From Candidatus Nomurabacteria bacterium (GTDB lineage Bacteria > Patescibacteriota > Patescibacteriia > UBA1558 > GWA2-36-10): a stretch of 64,000 bases of DNA. This document shows positions 1-8,061 of this stretch, piece after piece (position 1 is the stretch's first letter; every line of letters starts with the position of its first letter). A model generated the notes under the pieces. That model had not been told where the DNA came from. It ran no database searches and saw only the letters and a program-made list of their open reading frames with translations. A program made the translations under genes and the position numbers. The DNA lies in contig JACKFO010000002.1 of NCBI GenBank assembly GCA_020632415.1, positions 386,732 through 450,731 of the forward strand. Direction: 5' to 3'.

Positions 1-601
1 AATAAGCTTGCAGTGGCAAATCGACTTTGACTCCTCGAGGAATATACAAAAAAGTTCCCCCAGACCAAACTGCACCATGCAACGCTGCAAATTTATGTAA
101 ATTTGCTGGCACTGCTTTCATAAAATGTTCTTTGACTAGTTCTGGATACTCCTGTAAAGCCAAGTCCATATCTTCAAAAATCACACCTTGATCTTTGAAC
201 TGTTGTTTTAAATTATGATAAATTGTCGTTGACTCATACTGCGCACCGGCTCCTGCTAAAAACTTTTGTTCAGCTTGCGGAATACCTAATTTATCAAAAG
301 TGTTTTTGATATCTTTAGGGACATTTTCCCAAGTATCCGTAGAGTTTTCAGCAGCTTTGGCATAATAAGTAATTTTTTCTAAATCCAAAAGAGATAAATC
401 TGGTCCCCAAGCAGGCATTGACATTTGATTGTATAAGCTCAAAGAATGCAAACGATGCTCCAACATCCAGACGGGTTCATTTTTACTTTCTGAAATTTGA
501 CGCACCAAAGCTTCGTCTAAACCCTGACGAGAAGACGACATGTAACTAGAATCATTAGCTGACTCCCAAGATTGCTTGATTGTACTCTGCTTATCTGACA
601 T
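1..601 (-). CDS. sufB: Fe-S cluster assembly protein SufB (N-terminal part, truncated by window start)
   Basis: Minus-strand translation from the ATG at 599-601 gives MSDKQSTIKQSW...GIPQAEQKFLAGAGAQYESTTIYHNLK...KFAALHGAVWSGGTFLYIPRGVKVDLPLQAY, typical of SufB. The start overlaps the sufC stop by 11 nt, consistent with an operon. Confidence 0.85.
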   Translation of the reverse strand, partial: MSDKQSTIKQSWESANDSSYMSSSRQGLDEALVRQISESKNEPVWMLEHRLHSLSLYNQMSMPAWGPDLSLLDLEKITYYAKAAENSTDTWENVPKDIKNTFDKLGIPQAEQKFLAGAGAQYESTTIYHNLKQQFKDQGVIFEDMDLALQEYPELVKEHFMKAVPANLHKFAALHGAVWSGGTFLYIPRGVKVDLPLQAY

Positions 602-1346
602 AGCCTAGGAAACCTTTTTGATTAATCTCTTTTGCTAATTCTTGACCGCCAGATTTAACAATTTTTCCAGCAACCAAAACATGAACAAAATCTGGTTTAA
701 TAAATTCTAAAATTTGTGGATAATGAGTAATTAATAAAATCGTGCCTTTTTTTTGCTGATAATCTTTAATACTGCTTGCTACAATTTTTAAAGCATCAAT
801 ATCAAGACCAGAATCAGTTTCGTCTAAAATCGCCAATTTTGGTTGAAACAAAGCCAACTGTAGCATCTCGATCTTTTTCTTTTCTCCACCAGAAAAACCA
901 AAGTTTAAACTACGCTTTAATAATTCTTCTTTAATTTTTAATTTTTTGACTTGTTCTTTCAAAATTTCTTCAAATTCAAATACCGTTGGCACTTGCCAAT
1001 CTTTGTTTCTACCTTTAAAAATATTTTGATAAGCTTGATACAAAAATTGATCCAAAGACACTCCTTCTATTTCTGGTGGATTTTGCCAAGATAAAAATAA
1101 GCCAAGCACAGCTCTTTCTTCTGGCTTTAAATCATTAATTTTTTCGCCAGCAAAAACAATTTCACCGTCATTAATTAACAAACTAGGATGTCCTAACAAA
1201 ACATTAGCCAAAGTTGATTTACCAGCACCGTTTGGTCCCATGACCACATGAGTTTCGCCAGCCTTGATCTCTAAATCTAAATCTTGCAAAATATTTTTTT
1301 CTAAAACGGAAATCGATAAATTTTTTATCTTAAGTAAATTTGCCAT
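591..1346 (-). CDS. sufC: Fe-S cluster assembly ATPase SufC
   Basis: Walker A motif GPNGAGKST, ABC signature LSGGE-like FSGGEKK, Walker B ILDETDSGLD. 251 aa. Lies directly upstream of sufB. Confidence 0.9.
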   Translation of the reverse strand: MANLLKIKNLSISVLEKNILQDLDLEIKAGETHVVMGPNGAGKSTLANVLLGHPSLLINDGEIVFAGEKINDLKPEERAVLGLFLSWQNPPEIEGVSLDQFLYQAYQNIFKGRNKDWQVPTVFEFEEILKEQVKKLKIKEELLKRSLNFGFSGGEKKKIEMLQLALFQPKLAILDETDSGLDIDALKIVASSIKDYQQKKGTILLITHYPQILEFIKPDFVHVLVAGKIVKSGGQELAKEINQKGFLGYVR

Positions 1347-1350
1347 ATTA

Positions 1351-1758
1351 TTATTTTAAATCTCTCAATAAATCTGCCAAAGTTTTTTTAGCAAGCATGA
1401 TTTTTATTTCCGACATAATACTTGGCCACAAAGTTTTGGCTTCACAATTATGAAAGGCTGAACAAAAACTAGAACAATCATGACGATTTAGTTTTATTTC
1501 ACCTTCTAGAGCTTCTACAACCTCTAAAACACTAATCTGCTCTGGATTTTTGTTCAAAGCATAGCCGCCAGTTTTACCTTCTTTACTAAGCAACAAACCA
1601 GCCTCTTTCAAAGGCTTGGTAATTTGGGTCAAATAAGCTGGTGACAATCTTCTGGCCTCAGTAATCTCATTCATGGAAACCAAGCCTTTTTGATAGTTTT
1701 TAGCCAATTCCAGCATAATTACTAGACCATAGTCAGCACGAGCAGAAATATCAAACAT
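1351..1758 (-). CDS. Rrf2-family transcriptional regulator (IscR/SufR-like, Fe-S binding)
   Basis: N-terminal wHTH (ADYGLVIMLELAK...), Cys cluster CSSFCSAFHNC near the C-terminus as in IscR. First gene of the suf operon. Confidence 0.75.
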   Translation of the reverse strand: MFDISARADYGLVIMLELAKNYQKGLVSMNEITEARRLSPAYLTQITKPLKEAGLLLSKEGKTGGYALNKNPEQISVLEVVEALEGEIKLNRHDCSSFCSAFHNCEAKTLWPSIMSEIKIMLAKKTLADLLRDLK

Positions 1759-1845
1759 TGTTTTAATTATTTAACTATAAGTAAACAGATTATATTTAAA
1801 ATCAGCAAAATTGTCAATAACAAAAAACAGCTGAATTAAGCTGTC

Positions 1846-1920
1846 TGGTGACCCTACAGGGAATCGAACCCTGATTGCCAGGATGAGAACCTGGTGTCCT
1901 AACCGTTAGACGATAGGGCC
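1846..1920 (-). tRNA. tRNA-Glu (anticodon CUC)
   Basis: The reverse complement folds as a cloverleaf: acceptor GGCCCTA/TAGGGTC (one G-U pair), D-arm GTCT-AACGGTTA-GGAC, anticodon stem CCAGG/CCTGG with loop TTCTCAT (U33, anticodon CTC, A37), T-arm CAGGG-TTCGATT-CCCTG, discriminator A, encoded CCA. Confidence 0.75.
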
Positions 1921-1960
1921 TTGAGTAGATATTTTTAACAAAAAATAAACTAAAAGTCAA

Positions 1961-3223
1961 TTATTTAACTGGTCCAACTAACAACTCCTCTGCTTCCCAA
2001 GGCTTGGCCATTACTTCATAAACCACCTGCTCCATTTTCATTCCTCGTGAACCTTTGATTAAAATCAGATCATCTTCTTTGATTCGATCTTGCAAAAAAT
2101 AACCAGCTTCAATTGTAAAAGGAAAATGAAAAATATGGTCTTCGTCCATCCCAGCGAGCAAAGCCCCTCTTTTGATATCCCTTGATCTTTCTCCGATCAA
2201 AAATAAATAATCAATTCCAGCAGCAAAAACTTGCTGACCAAGATCTTGGTGAGCTTTTTCCGTCTCTTTGCCAAGTTCTAGCATGTCTCCTAAGACTGCA
2301 ATTTTGCGCCCAGAACTTTCCATACTAGCTAAAATTTCAATAGCTACCTTTGAAGATTGTGGTGAAGAATTATAAGTATCATCAATGACCCAAGAATTTT
2401 TAATACCTTTGATCAAATTTGTGCGCCCTTTGGCCGGAATATATTTAGCCAATCCTTTTTTAATTTCAGCCAAACTAAAACCAAAATCCAAAGCAATCGC
2501 GATCGCCACTGCTGCCGCACTAGCATGTTGAGTTCCCAAAACTTTTGATAAAACAAATTCTTCTGTCTGACCTTGATAAGTCACTTGAAAAGTTGTTGCA
2601 AAATTAAAACCATTTTTAACGATCTTAACTTGACTCAACTTAATATCGCTTTGTTCTGCTTGGCCAAAAGAAAAAACTTTTGCTTTTGTTTTATTTCTGA
2701 AAGTTCTAATAAACTGATCGTCCTCATTTAAAATTGCCAAATCTTTTTCAGTAAGTCTGGCTAAAATTTGAGATTTTTCTTCAGCAATTTTTTCCAAACT
2801 ACCAAAAAATTCAATATGACTAGCGCCAATTTTAGTCAAAACTGCTACATCTGGTTTGGCGATGCTCGTTAAATAAGAAATATCTCCCGGATGATCAGCT
2901 CCCATTTCCAAAATTAAAATTTCTGGATATTTTTTATTTTTAAAAACGAGCAAAGAAAAAAAGCTGGAAAAAAATATTTTTAACCACTTCCAATAATTAC
3001 TCTGAGCTGAATTTTTGCCCAAAATAGTCAAGGGCAAGCCAATTTCATTATTATAATTTTTAATATTTCTTCTGACTTTATACTTTTCTTGCAACACAGC
3101 AAAAATTGCTTCTTTAGCCGAAGTTTTGCCAACGCTACCAGTAATAGCAATTACTTTTGGCCGATATTTGGCCAAAACTGCTTTACTTAAGAAACCCAAG
3201 ATAAAATATAAGACTTTTTTCAT
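1961..3223 (-). CDS. murF: UDP-N-acetylmuramoyl-tripeptide--D-alanyl-D-alanine ligase
   Basis: Mur ligase P-loop ITGSVGKTS; 420 aa; sits at the end of the dcw block immediately after ftsI. Confidence 0.8.
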   Translation of the reverse strand: MKKVLYFILGFLSKAVLAKYRPKVIAITGSVGKTSAKEAIFAVLQEKYKVRRNIKNYNNEIGLPLTILGKNSAQSNYWKWLKIFFSSFFSLLVFKNKKYPEILILEMGADHPGDISYLTSIAKPDVAVLTKIGASHIEFFGSLEKIAEEKSQILARLTEKDLAILNEDDQFIRTFRNKTKAKVFSFGQAEQSDIKLSQVKIVKNGFNFATTFQVTYQGQTEEFVLSKVLGTQHASAAAVAIAIALDFGFSLAEIKKGLAKYIPAKGRTNLIKGIKNSWVIDDTYNSSPQSSKVAIEILASMESSGRKIAVLGDMLELGKETEKAHQDLGQQVFAAGIDYLFLIGERSRDIKRGALLAGMDEDHIFHFPFTIEAGYFLQDRIKEDDLILIKGSRGMKMEQVVYEVMAKPWEAEELLVGPVK

Positions 3224-3228
3224 AAAAA

Positions 3229-5037
3229 CTAACGATTAGGTGGAATCTGGTAATATTCTAGCAGAAATTTGGCAATTTCGCCAAATAAAGGCGCTGTAGT
3301 ATCTGCCGCAAAAGCAGCGGCTTTGGGAAAATCTAATTTAGTAATCATTGTAAATTTTGGATTTTCTACTGGCGCAAAACCAACAAAATTATGAATCACT
3401 CGACTAGAATCATAATAACGACCAGTTTCTGGATTAGCCACCTGCGCTGTTCCCGTTTTACCAGCTATATAATACCCTGGAACCTGCGCCTTGGTTGCAT
3501 GACCATTGTCCACAACATTGGCCAACATTGCCGAAACAGTTGCTGCTGTGCCTTCAGAGATTACTCGCTTCAAAATTTGTGGCTCAAATTCTTGTTTTTG
3601 ACCATTATCATAATCTATCTCACTAACTATATAAGGCTGAACTAAATTACCTTTGTTTGCTAAAACATTTATCGCATTAAGCATTTGCATCGCTGTAACA
3701 GTAATTCCCTGCCCATAAGAAGCTGTTGCTTTATAAATATCACCTTTTTTATCCAAAGAAGAAATGTCGCCTTTGTTCTCTTGGCTAATTTTTAATTTAA
3801 CTTCCTGACCAAAACCAAACTTTGACATGTAGTCTTCGTAAATTTTATTTTTAATATCTTTAGTCGCAAAAATTACACCAGTATTTAAAGAAGATGCCAA
3901 AACTTCCGTCATATCAACTAGGCCGTGTGCTTCTAAATCTGAATTTTTAACTACAAAACCACCGGCAAATTTTACCTCACCTGTATCTTCATAGACGGTA
4001 TCTGCTTTCACTTTTCCAGTATCTATGGCAATTGCCATAGAAATTGCTTTCATTACTGAACCTGGCTCATAGACATCATAAACTGCCAAATTATTGTAGA
4101 CGTCAATATTTTCAACTTGATTGTATTGATTTGGATCGAAGCTTGGATAATTACACATTGCCTTGATTGCGCCAGTTTGCGTCTCCATCACGATCACAGT
4201 CCCACTTTCTGCTTCATAACGCGCCACAGCCCTTTCTAGAGCCTTACAAGTCTGATATTGAACCGTGCGATCAATGGTTAAAACTAAATCTGAACCATCT
4301 TCAATCAAAGATTCAATTTCTGAAAAAGGCAACAAACGTCCACTGATATCTTTTTCTGCAACTACTCTTTTTCCAGTACCCGCCAAATCATCTTGCCAAT
4401 AGGCCTCTAGTCCATATTTACCAACTCGGGAAACTCCGTCTTCAGCAAAACCCAAAAAGCCCAAAAGATGAGCGCCAACTTCTTTATCTGGATAAAAACG
4501 TAAAATTTGTTTATCCCAAAAAACACCAGTTGTCAGCTGTTTTTCAGAATCAATTTTGTCTTTGTTAATATCCGCCAATAAATTGTCTAAAGCTGCAATC
4601 AAAATTTCTAATTTATCTTGACTAATATTTTTTTTAATCGCTTCATACTGATCATTAGTCTTTTCTAGCTTAGCCAATGTTTCTTCTGGCTCAACTTCCA
4701 AAACTTCTACTAAAATATCTCGTAAATTCTGTGGTCTAGTTACTAATTCTGGATTCACATAAACTTCGTAATAGATTTCATTGATTGCCAAAGGATAAAG
4801 CTGGCTATTTTCTTTTTTATCAGTAAAAGCAAAAATTTCACCACGCTCTGGCTCAAAAACTTTGATTGTTTGATGTTGTTTGTTGGCAATTTCACGATAT
4901 TTTTCATTTTGCAAAATCTGCAAATAAAACAAACGAATCACAATAGCAATAATCAACAAAAAAATAACCCATTGTAGGGTATTAATCCGAAAATTACTCA
5001 CCAAAAGATTATTGTGATTGTGACGATTATTATACAT
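3229..5037 (-). CDS. ftsI: Penicillin-binding protein 2 / FtsI-type transpeptidase
   Basis: N-terminal TM helix, SxxK (SVMK) and KTG(T) motifs; 602 aa; dcw context between ftsL and murF. Confidence 0.85.
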   Translation of the reverse strand: MYNNRHNHNNLLVSNFRINTLQWVIFLLIIAIVIRLFYLQILQNEKYREIANKQHQTIKVFEPERGEIFAFTDKKENSQLYPLAINEIYYEVYVNPELVTRPQNLRDILVEVLEVEPEETLAKLEKTNDQYEAIKKNISQDKLEILIAALDNLLADINKDKIDSEKQLTTGVFWDKQILRFYPDKEVGAHLLGFLGFAEDGVSRVGKYGLEAYWQDDLAGTGKRVVAEKDISGRLLPFSEIESLIEDGSDLVLTIDRTVQYQTCKALERAVARYEAESGTVIVMETQTGAIKAMCNYPSFDPNQYNQVENIDVYNNLAVYDVYEPGSVMKAISMAIAIDTGKVKADTVYEDTGEVKFAGGFVVKNSDLEAHGLVDMTEVLASSLNTGVIFATKDIKNKIYEDYMSKFGFGQEVKLKISQENKGDISSLDKKGDIYKATASYGQGITVTAMQMLNAINVLANKGNLVQPYIVSEIDYDNGQKQEFEPQILKRVISEGTAATVSAMLANVVDNGHATKAQVPGYYIAGKTGTAQVANPETGRYYDSSRVIHNFVGFAPVENPKFTMITKLDFPKAAAFAADTTAPLFGEIAKFLLEYYQIPPNR

Positions 5038-5050
5038 TGTAAAATAGGCT

Positions 5051-5368
5051 CTAACGCAAAGCGACCGCTTGCTCGTGAGATGCTAGATAATAAATATTAT
5101 CTGTCTTCACCAAGTCTAAATTTTTACTAGCATTTTCAATTCTTTCGATTGATTGCAAACCAGTTGCTTTGACATTTAACAATAAAATTTGTTGATTCAG
5201 ATCTTTGATTCCTTGATTCAGATCATCCAACTCAAAACTTTGTGTGGCAGCATGATTAATGGAAACTAAATATCCTAACCACAAAAATACCAAACTAAAC
5301 AAACAAATCTTCTTAAAACTGTGCAATAAATTAAAAGGCATTTGTAATTTAGCTTTAATGTTTTTCAT
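5051..5368 (-). CDS. ftsL: Cell division protein FtsL-like (small bitopic membrane protein)
   Basis: 105 aa, single TM followed by a coiled-coil. Placed between rsmH and ftsI, the conserved position. Confidence 0.6.
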   Translation of the reverse strand: MKNIKAKLQMPFNLLHSFKKICLFSLVFLWLGYLVSINHAATQSFELDDLNQGIKDLNQQILLLNVKATGLQSIERIENASKNLDLVKTDNIYYLASHEQAVALR

Positions 5369-5403
5369 ATTTTTTATTTTTGTTTTTTGTTCTAAAAAAT
5401 AAT

Positions 5404-6375
5404 TTAAATTTTTTCAGCAATTCGTAAAATTGCACTACGACTTCGAGGATTATTTTTTACTTCTTCACTACTTGGCTTAATCGCCTTTTTAGTAATAATT
5501 TTTAATTTTGCTTCCGTATCACAGTTACAAATCGGAGCCTGTGGTGGGCAAACACAAGTTTGACTAGATTCTTTAAAAAAATATTTAACAATTTTGTCCT
5601 CCAAAGAATGAAAACTAATAACCGCTATTTTTCCGCCCGAAGGCAAAATATCTACCGCTTGTGGTAAAACTGTTTTAACATTATTCAACTCATCGTTCAC
5701 GGCAATTCTTAAGGCCTGAAAAACCTTAGTTGCTGGATGAATTCGAAAACGTCCTAAACTTGTTTCTTTAATATTCAAAATCCGGAGTATGGTCAAGACA
5801 AACATGGAAGTCGTAAATTTTTGTTTTTGTTTTATCCACGAACTTCTATTTTTTATTAGGCCTTGGGCCAAAATATGGGCTTTTGGTTCTTCACCATACT
5901 CCCGAAAGATTTTGCATAATTCACTTTCAGACCAAGTCAAAATGATATCTTCGGCGGTCAAAGTCTGATGTTTAGGATCAAAACGCATATCTAAAGGTCC
6001 TTGATCCTTGAAGGAAAAACCACGCCCAGAACTATCTAGCTGGTCAGATGATAAACCTAAATCCAAAACAATACCGGCAATCTCTCCAATTTCTTTCTGC
6101 TTTTTCTGCCATTCTTCGGCTAAATGGATATAACTCTGATTAACAATGAACAATCTTTTTTGATATTTATTTAATCTTTTTTGACTAGCCTTAATCGCTC
6201 TTTGATCAAGCTCAAAAGCCAAAACTTTACCGCGTGGACCATTCTTTTCTAAAATCTTTTCTGTGTGTCCTCCGCCACCTAAAGTACCGTCAATAAAGTT
6301 TTGATTGGCCTTAATTTCTAGACCCTTAACTACTTCTTCTAGTAAAACAGTTTGATGCTGAAAATTATCTTTCAT
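5404..6375 (-). CDS. rsmH: 16S rRNA (cytosine1402-N4)-methyltransferase RsmH (MraW)
   Basis: N-terminal HQTVLLEEVV...DGTLGGGGHT SAM-binding signature; 323 aa; follows mraZ. Confidence 0.9.
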   Translation of the reverse strand: MKDNFQHQTVLLEEVVKGLEIKANQNFIDGTLGGGGHTEKILEKNGPRGKVLAFELDQRAIKASQKRLNKYQKRLFIVNQSYIHLAEEWQKKQKEIGEIAGIVLDLGLSSDQLDSSGRGFSFKDQGPLDMRFDPKHQTLTAEDIILTWSESELCKIFREYGEEPKAHILAQGLIKNRSSWIKQKQKFTTSMFVLTILRILNIKETSLGRFRIHPATKVFQALRIAVNDELNNVKTVLPQAVDILPSGGKIAVISFHSLEDKIVKYFFKESSQTCVCPPQAPICNCDTEAKLKIITKKAIKPSSEEVKNNPRSRSAILRIAEKI

Positions 6376-6376
6376 A

Positions 6377-6808
6377 TTAAATACCCAAATCTACCAAGCC
6401 TTCAGTCATTTCATTGGTGTCTTTTTCAGAAACCATCTGATATTTAGACCATTTCTTTTCATCCCAAATTTCAATTCGATTATACAAACCAGCTAAAATT
6501 ACTTTTTTATTTAAAGTAGCAAAGTTTTTTAAATAATCTGGCATCACAATTCTACCCTGTTTATCAAGAGAAACATCCATTGCGCCAGCGAGCATCAAAC
6601 GAGAAAAAGCACGAGATTTAGCTTGGCTAATTGGTAAAGCTGATAATTTTTCTACTAGTTTATTCCATTCTTTGGTAGTGTAAACAAATAAACAATTATC
6701 CAAGCCCTTAGTAATTATTGCTCCATCTTTAAAGAAACTCCGAAACTTTGTTGGAATTGCCAAGCGATTTTTTTCATCCAAATTGTAAGCGTATTCACCA
6801 ATAAACAT
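6377..6808 (-). CDS. mraZ: Division/cell wall cluster transcriptional regulator MraZ
   Basis: MFIGEYAYNLDEKNRLAIPTKFR... duplicated MraZ fold, 143 aa; first gene of the dcw operon. Confidence 0.9.
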   Translation of the reverse strand: MFIGEYAYNLDEKNRLAIPTKFRSFFKDGAIITKGLDNCLFVYTTKEWNKLVEKLSALPISQAKSRAFSRLMLAGAMDVSLDKQGRIVMPDYLKNFATLNKKVILAGLYNRIEIWDEKKWSKYQMVSEKDTNEMTEGLVDLGI

Positions 6809-6836
6809 ATTTATCCACAGGCTAAGTGCTTAATTC

Positions 6837-6900
6837 CCCACTTTTTACCACTTTTTTATTCATTAACTCCATTATACTCCACCACAAAACACTATGTCAA
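6837..6900 (-). promoter_or_regulatory. mraZ/dcw promoter (TTGACA-18-TATAAT) with downstream GTGG[T/G] direct repeats resembling MraZ boxes
   Basis: Minus strand reads TTGACA (revcomp of 6895-6900), 18 nt, TATAAT (revcomp of 6871-6876), then GTGGT (6848-6852) and GTGGGG (6837-6842) spaced 10 nt start-to-start in the 5' leader. Confidence 0.55.
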
Positions 6901-6920
6901 ACAAAGGTCTGTGGAAAACT

Positions 6921-6965
6921 TATAAAAAAACAACCTCCTGGGTCAATCAGACCCAGGAGGTTGTT
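6921..6965 (-). terminator. Intrinsic terminator (16-bp perfect GC-containing hairpin plus U-tract) after the 6977..7402 gene
   Basis: AACAACCTCCTGGGTC-AATCA-GACCCAGGAGGTTGTT, followed on the minus strand by UUUUUUUAU. Confidence 0.8.
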
Positions 6966-6976
6966 CATAATTTTCT

Positions 6977-7402
6977 TTAATCCTCTATTTTAAATTTATT
7001 TTTCTTTTTACTAATCGTAATCTCTGCTTGTTTGGCATATTCTGGTTTAATCGCGACAAACTTTTCTTTTTGTGCCAAATCATTTTTAGCTTTAGCTAAA
7101 ATTTCTTGCTCTTTTTCTAGATAATCAAAATAAGCAACAACCGGAATGCTCCATTGCCAGCCCAAACTATTTAAAATAGTAGTTGCGACTTTGACTTGAG
7201 TCAAACTGCTTTCTTTGATTGCCAAAGCTAAACCAGAAAGATCAGAAAAATCTATTGCTTCTTTAGTTACTAGCTGAGCCAACTCTGGCAAAATATTTTC
7301 TTCACCAACAAGCATGTCAAAATTATGTTCTTTGACTTGGTCATCATTCAACAAATGCCACTTGGCGTTATTATTGTCTAAAATGTTTAAAATTAAAATC
7401 AT
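6977..7402 (-). CDS. Hypothetical protein, weak TsaB/YeaZ-like (inactive Kae1-family) N-terminal similarity
   Basis: MILILNIL...IDFSDLSGLALAI resembles the start and first glycine-rich segment of TsaB, but the protein is short (141 aa) and divergent. Confidence 0.3.
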   Translation of the reverse strand: MILILNILDNNNAKWHLLNDDQVKEHNFDMLVGEENILPELAQLVTKEAIDFSDLSGLALAIKESSLTQVKVATTILNSLGWQWSIPVVAYFDYLEKEQEILAKAKNDLAQKEKFVAIKPEYAKQAEITISKKKNKFKIED

Positions 7403-7991
7403 CTAGTTGTTTATTTTTTATTTCTTTGGCCATTTTATCGATCACAACGATATTTTCATGCGACAAAATATCATAAATAAATTTATCTGTCACTTCAAGT
7501 CGATAAAAATAATCTTGTTTAGTCAAAAAAGTATAGCGTAAATTTCCCACCACACCTTCAGCAATTTTTTCTAAATATTTTAAGACATTAGTTTTATTTA
7601 CCTTACCGACAATCAAGACATCCGTCTGCGTCGGAACACCAGTCAAAACACCAGTCAAAATCAAAAGTTGTAAACCAGGAACCTTAGACATTTTGTTGGC
7701 CACCTGCATTTCTTCTAAAGTGGTAGCCTTAAAAATTAAATTTTTTAATTCATTTAGCAGTGGCCAAGATTTATTAACTTGATAAAATTTTTTAGCTTCT
7801 TTATTTTCTGATTCCAAAAATCCTATTTTAGTCAAATTATCCAACTCTCTTCTGACGGAATTAAGCTGAACACCTAAAACCCTAGTTAATTCGCGAACAA
7901 AAATCTGCTCATCTAAATGAAGACAAAAAAATCTAATAATCTTAGTTCTGGTCAATGATGAAAAAATTTGTTCTAACATTGGAAAGCTCAA
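7371..7991 (-). CDS. Winged-helix DNA-binding protein (putative transcriptional regulator)
   Basis: N-terminal IIRFFCLHLDEQIFVRELTRVLGVQLNSVRRELDNLTKIGFL is HTH-like; 206 aa; divergent from the 8062 gene. Confidence 0.4.
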   Translation of the reverse strand: MSFPMLEQIFSSLTRTKIIRFFCLHLDEQIFVRELTRVLGVQLNSVRRELDNLTKIGFLESENKEAKKFYQVNKSWPLLNELKNLIFKATTLEEMQVANKMSKVPGLQLLILTGVLTGVPTQTDVLIVGKVNKTNVLKYLEKIAEGVVGNLRYTFLTKQDYFYRLEVTDKFIYDILSHENIVVIDKMAKEIKNKQLDDFNFKHFRQ

Positions 7992-8011
7992 ATCGCTGTC
8001 ACGCGAATTTA

Positions 8012-8040
8012 TTTACTAAAATAAGCAAATATAGTATAAT
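8012..8040 (+). promoter_or_regulatory. Sigma70-type promoter for the 8062 gene (TTTACT-17-TATAAT)
   Basis: TTTACT 8012-8017, 17-nt spacer, TATAAT 8035-8040; ATG at 8062. Confidence 0.45.
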
Positions 8041-8061
8041 ATTATTTGCAAGAAATGTAAA

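Noticed and set aside
3391-3645. 84-aa plus-strand ORF antisense to ftsI, and similar small antisense ORFs (10402-10665, 10687-11133, 11404-11640, 12146-12397, 13935-14204, 17516-17725, 19062-19343, 21856-22113, 22530-22760, 24076-24456, 25688-25870, 32017-32223, 33172-33363, 33964-34206, 35738-35935, 39587-39807, 40640-41168, 43161-43503, 43988-44749, 45074-45388, 46472-47198, 47955-48176, 48583-48768, 50526-50903, 56999-57205, 58688-58879, 60845-61036, 62568-63124)
   Set aside because: All are fully embedded in well-supported genes with recognisable motifs, or antisense to them; low-complexity translations; no start signals. Treated as frame noise.
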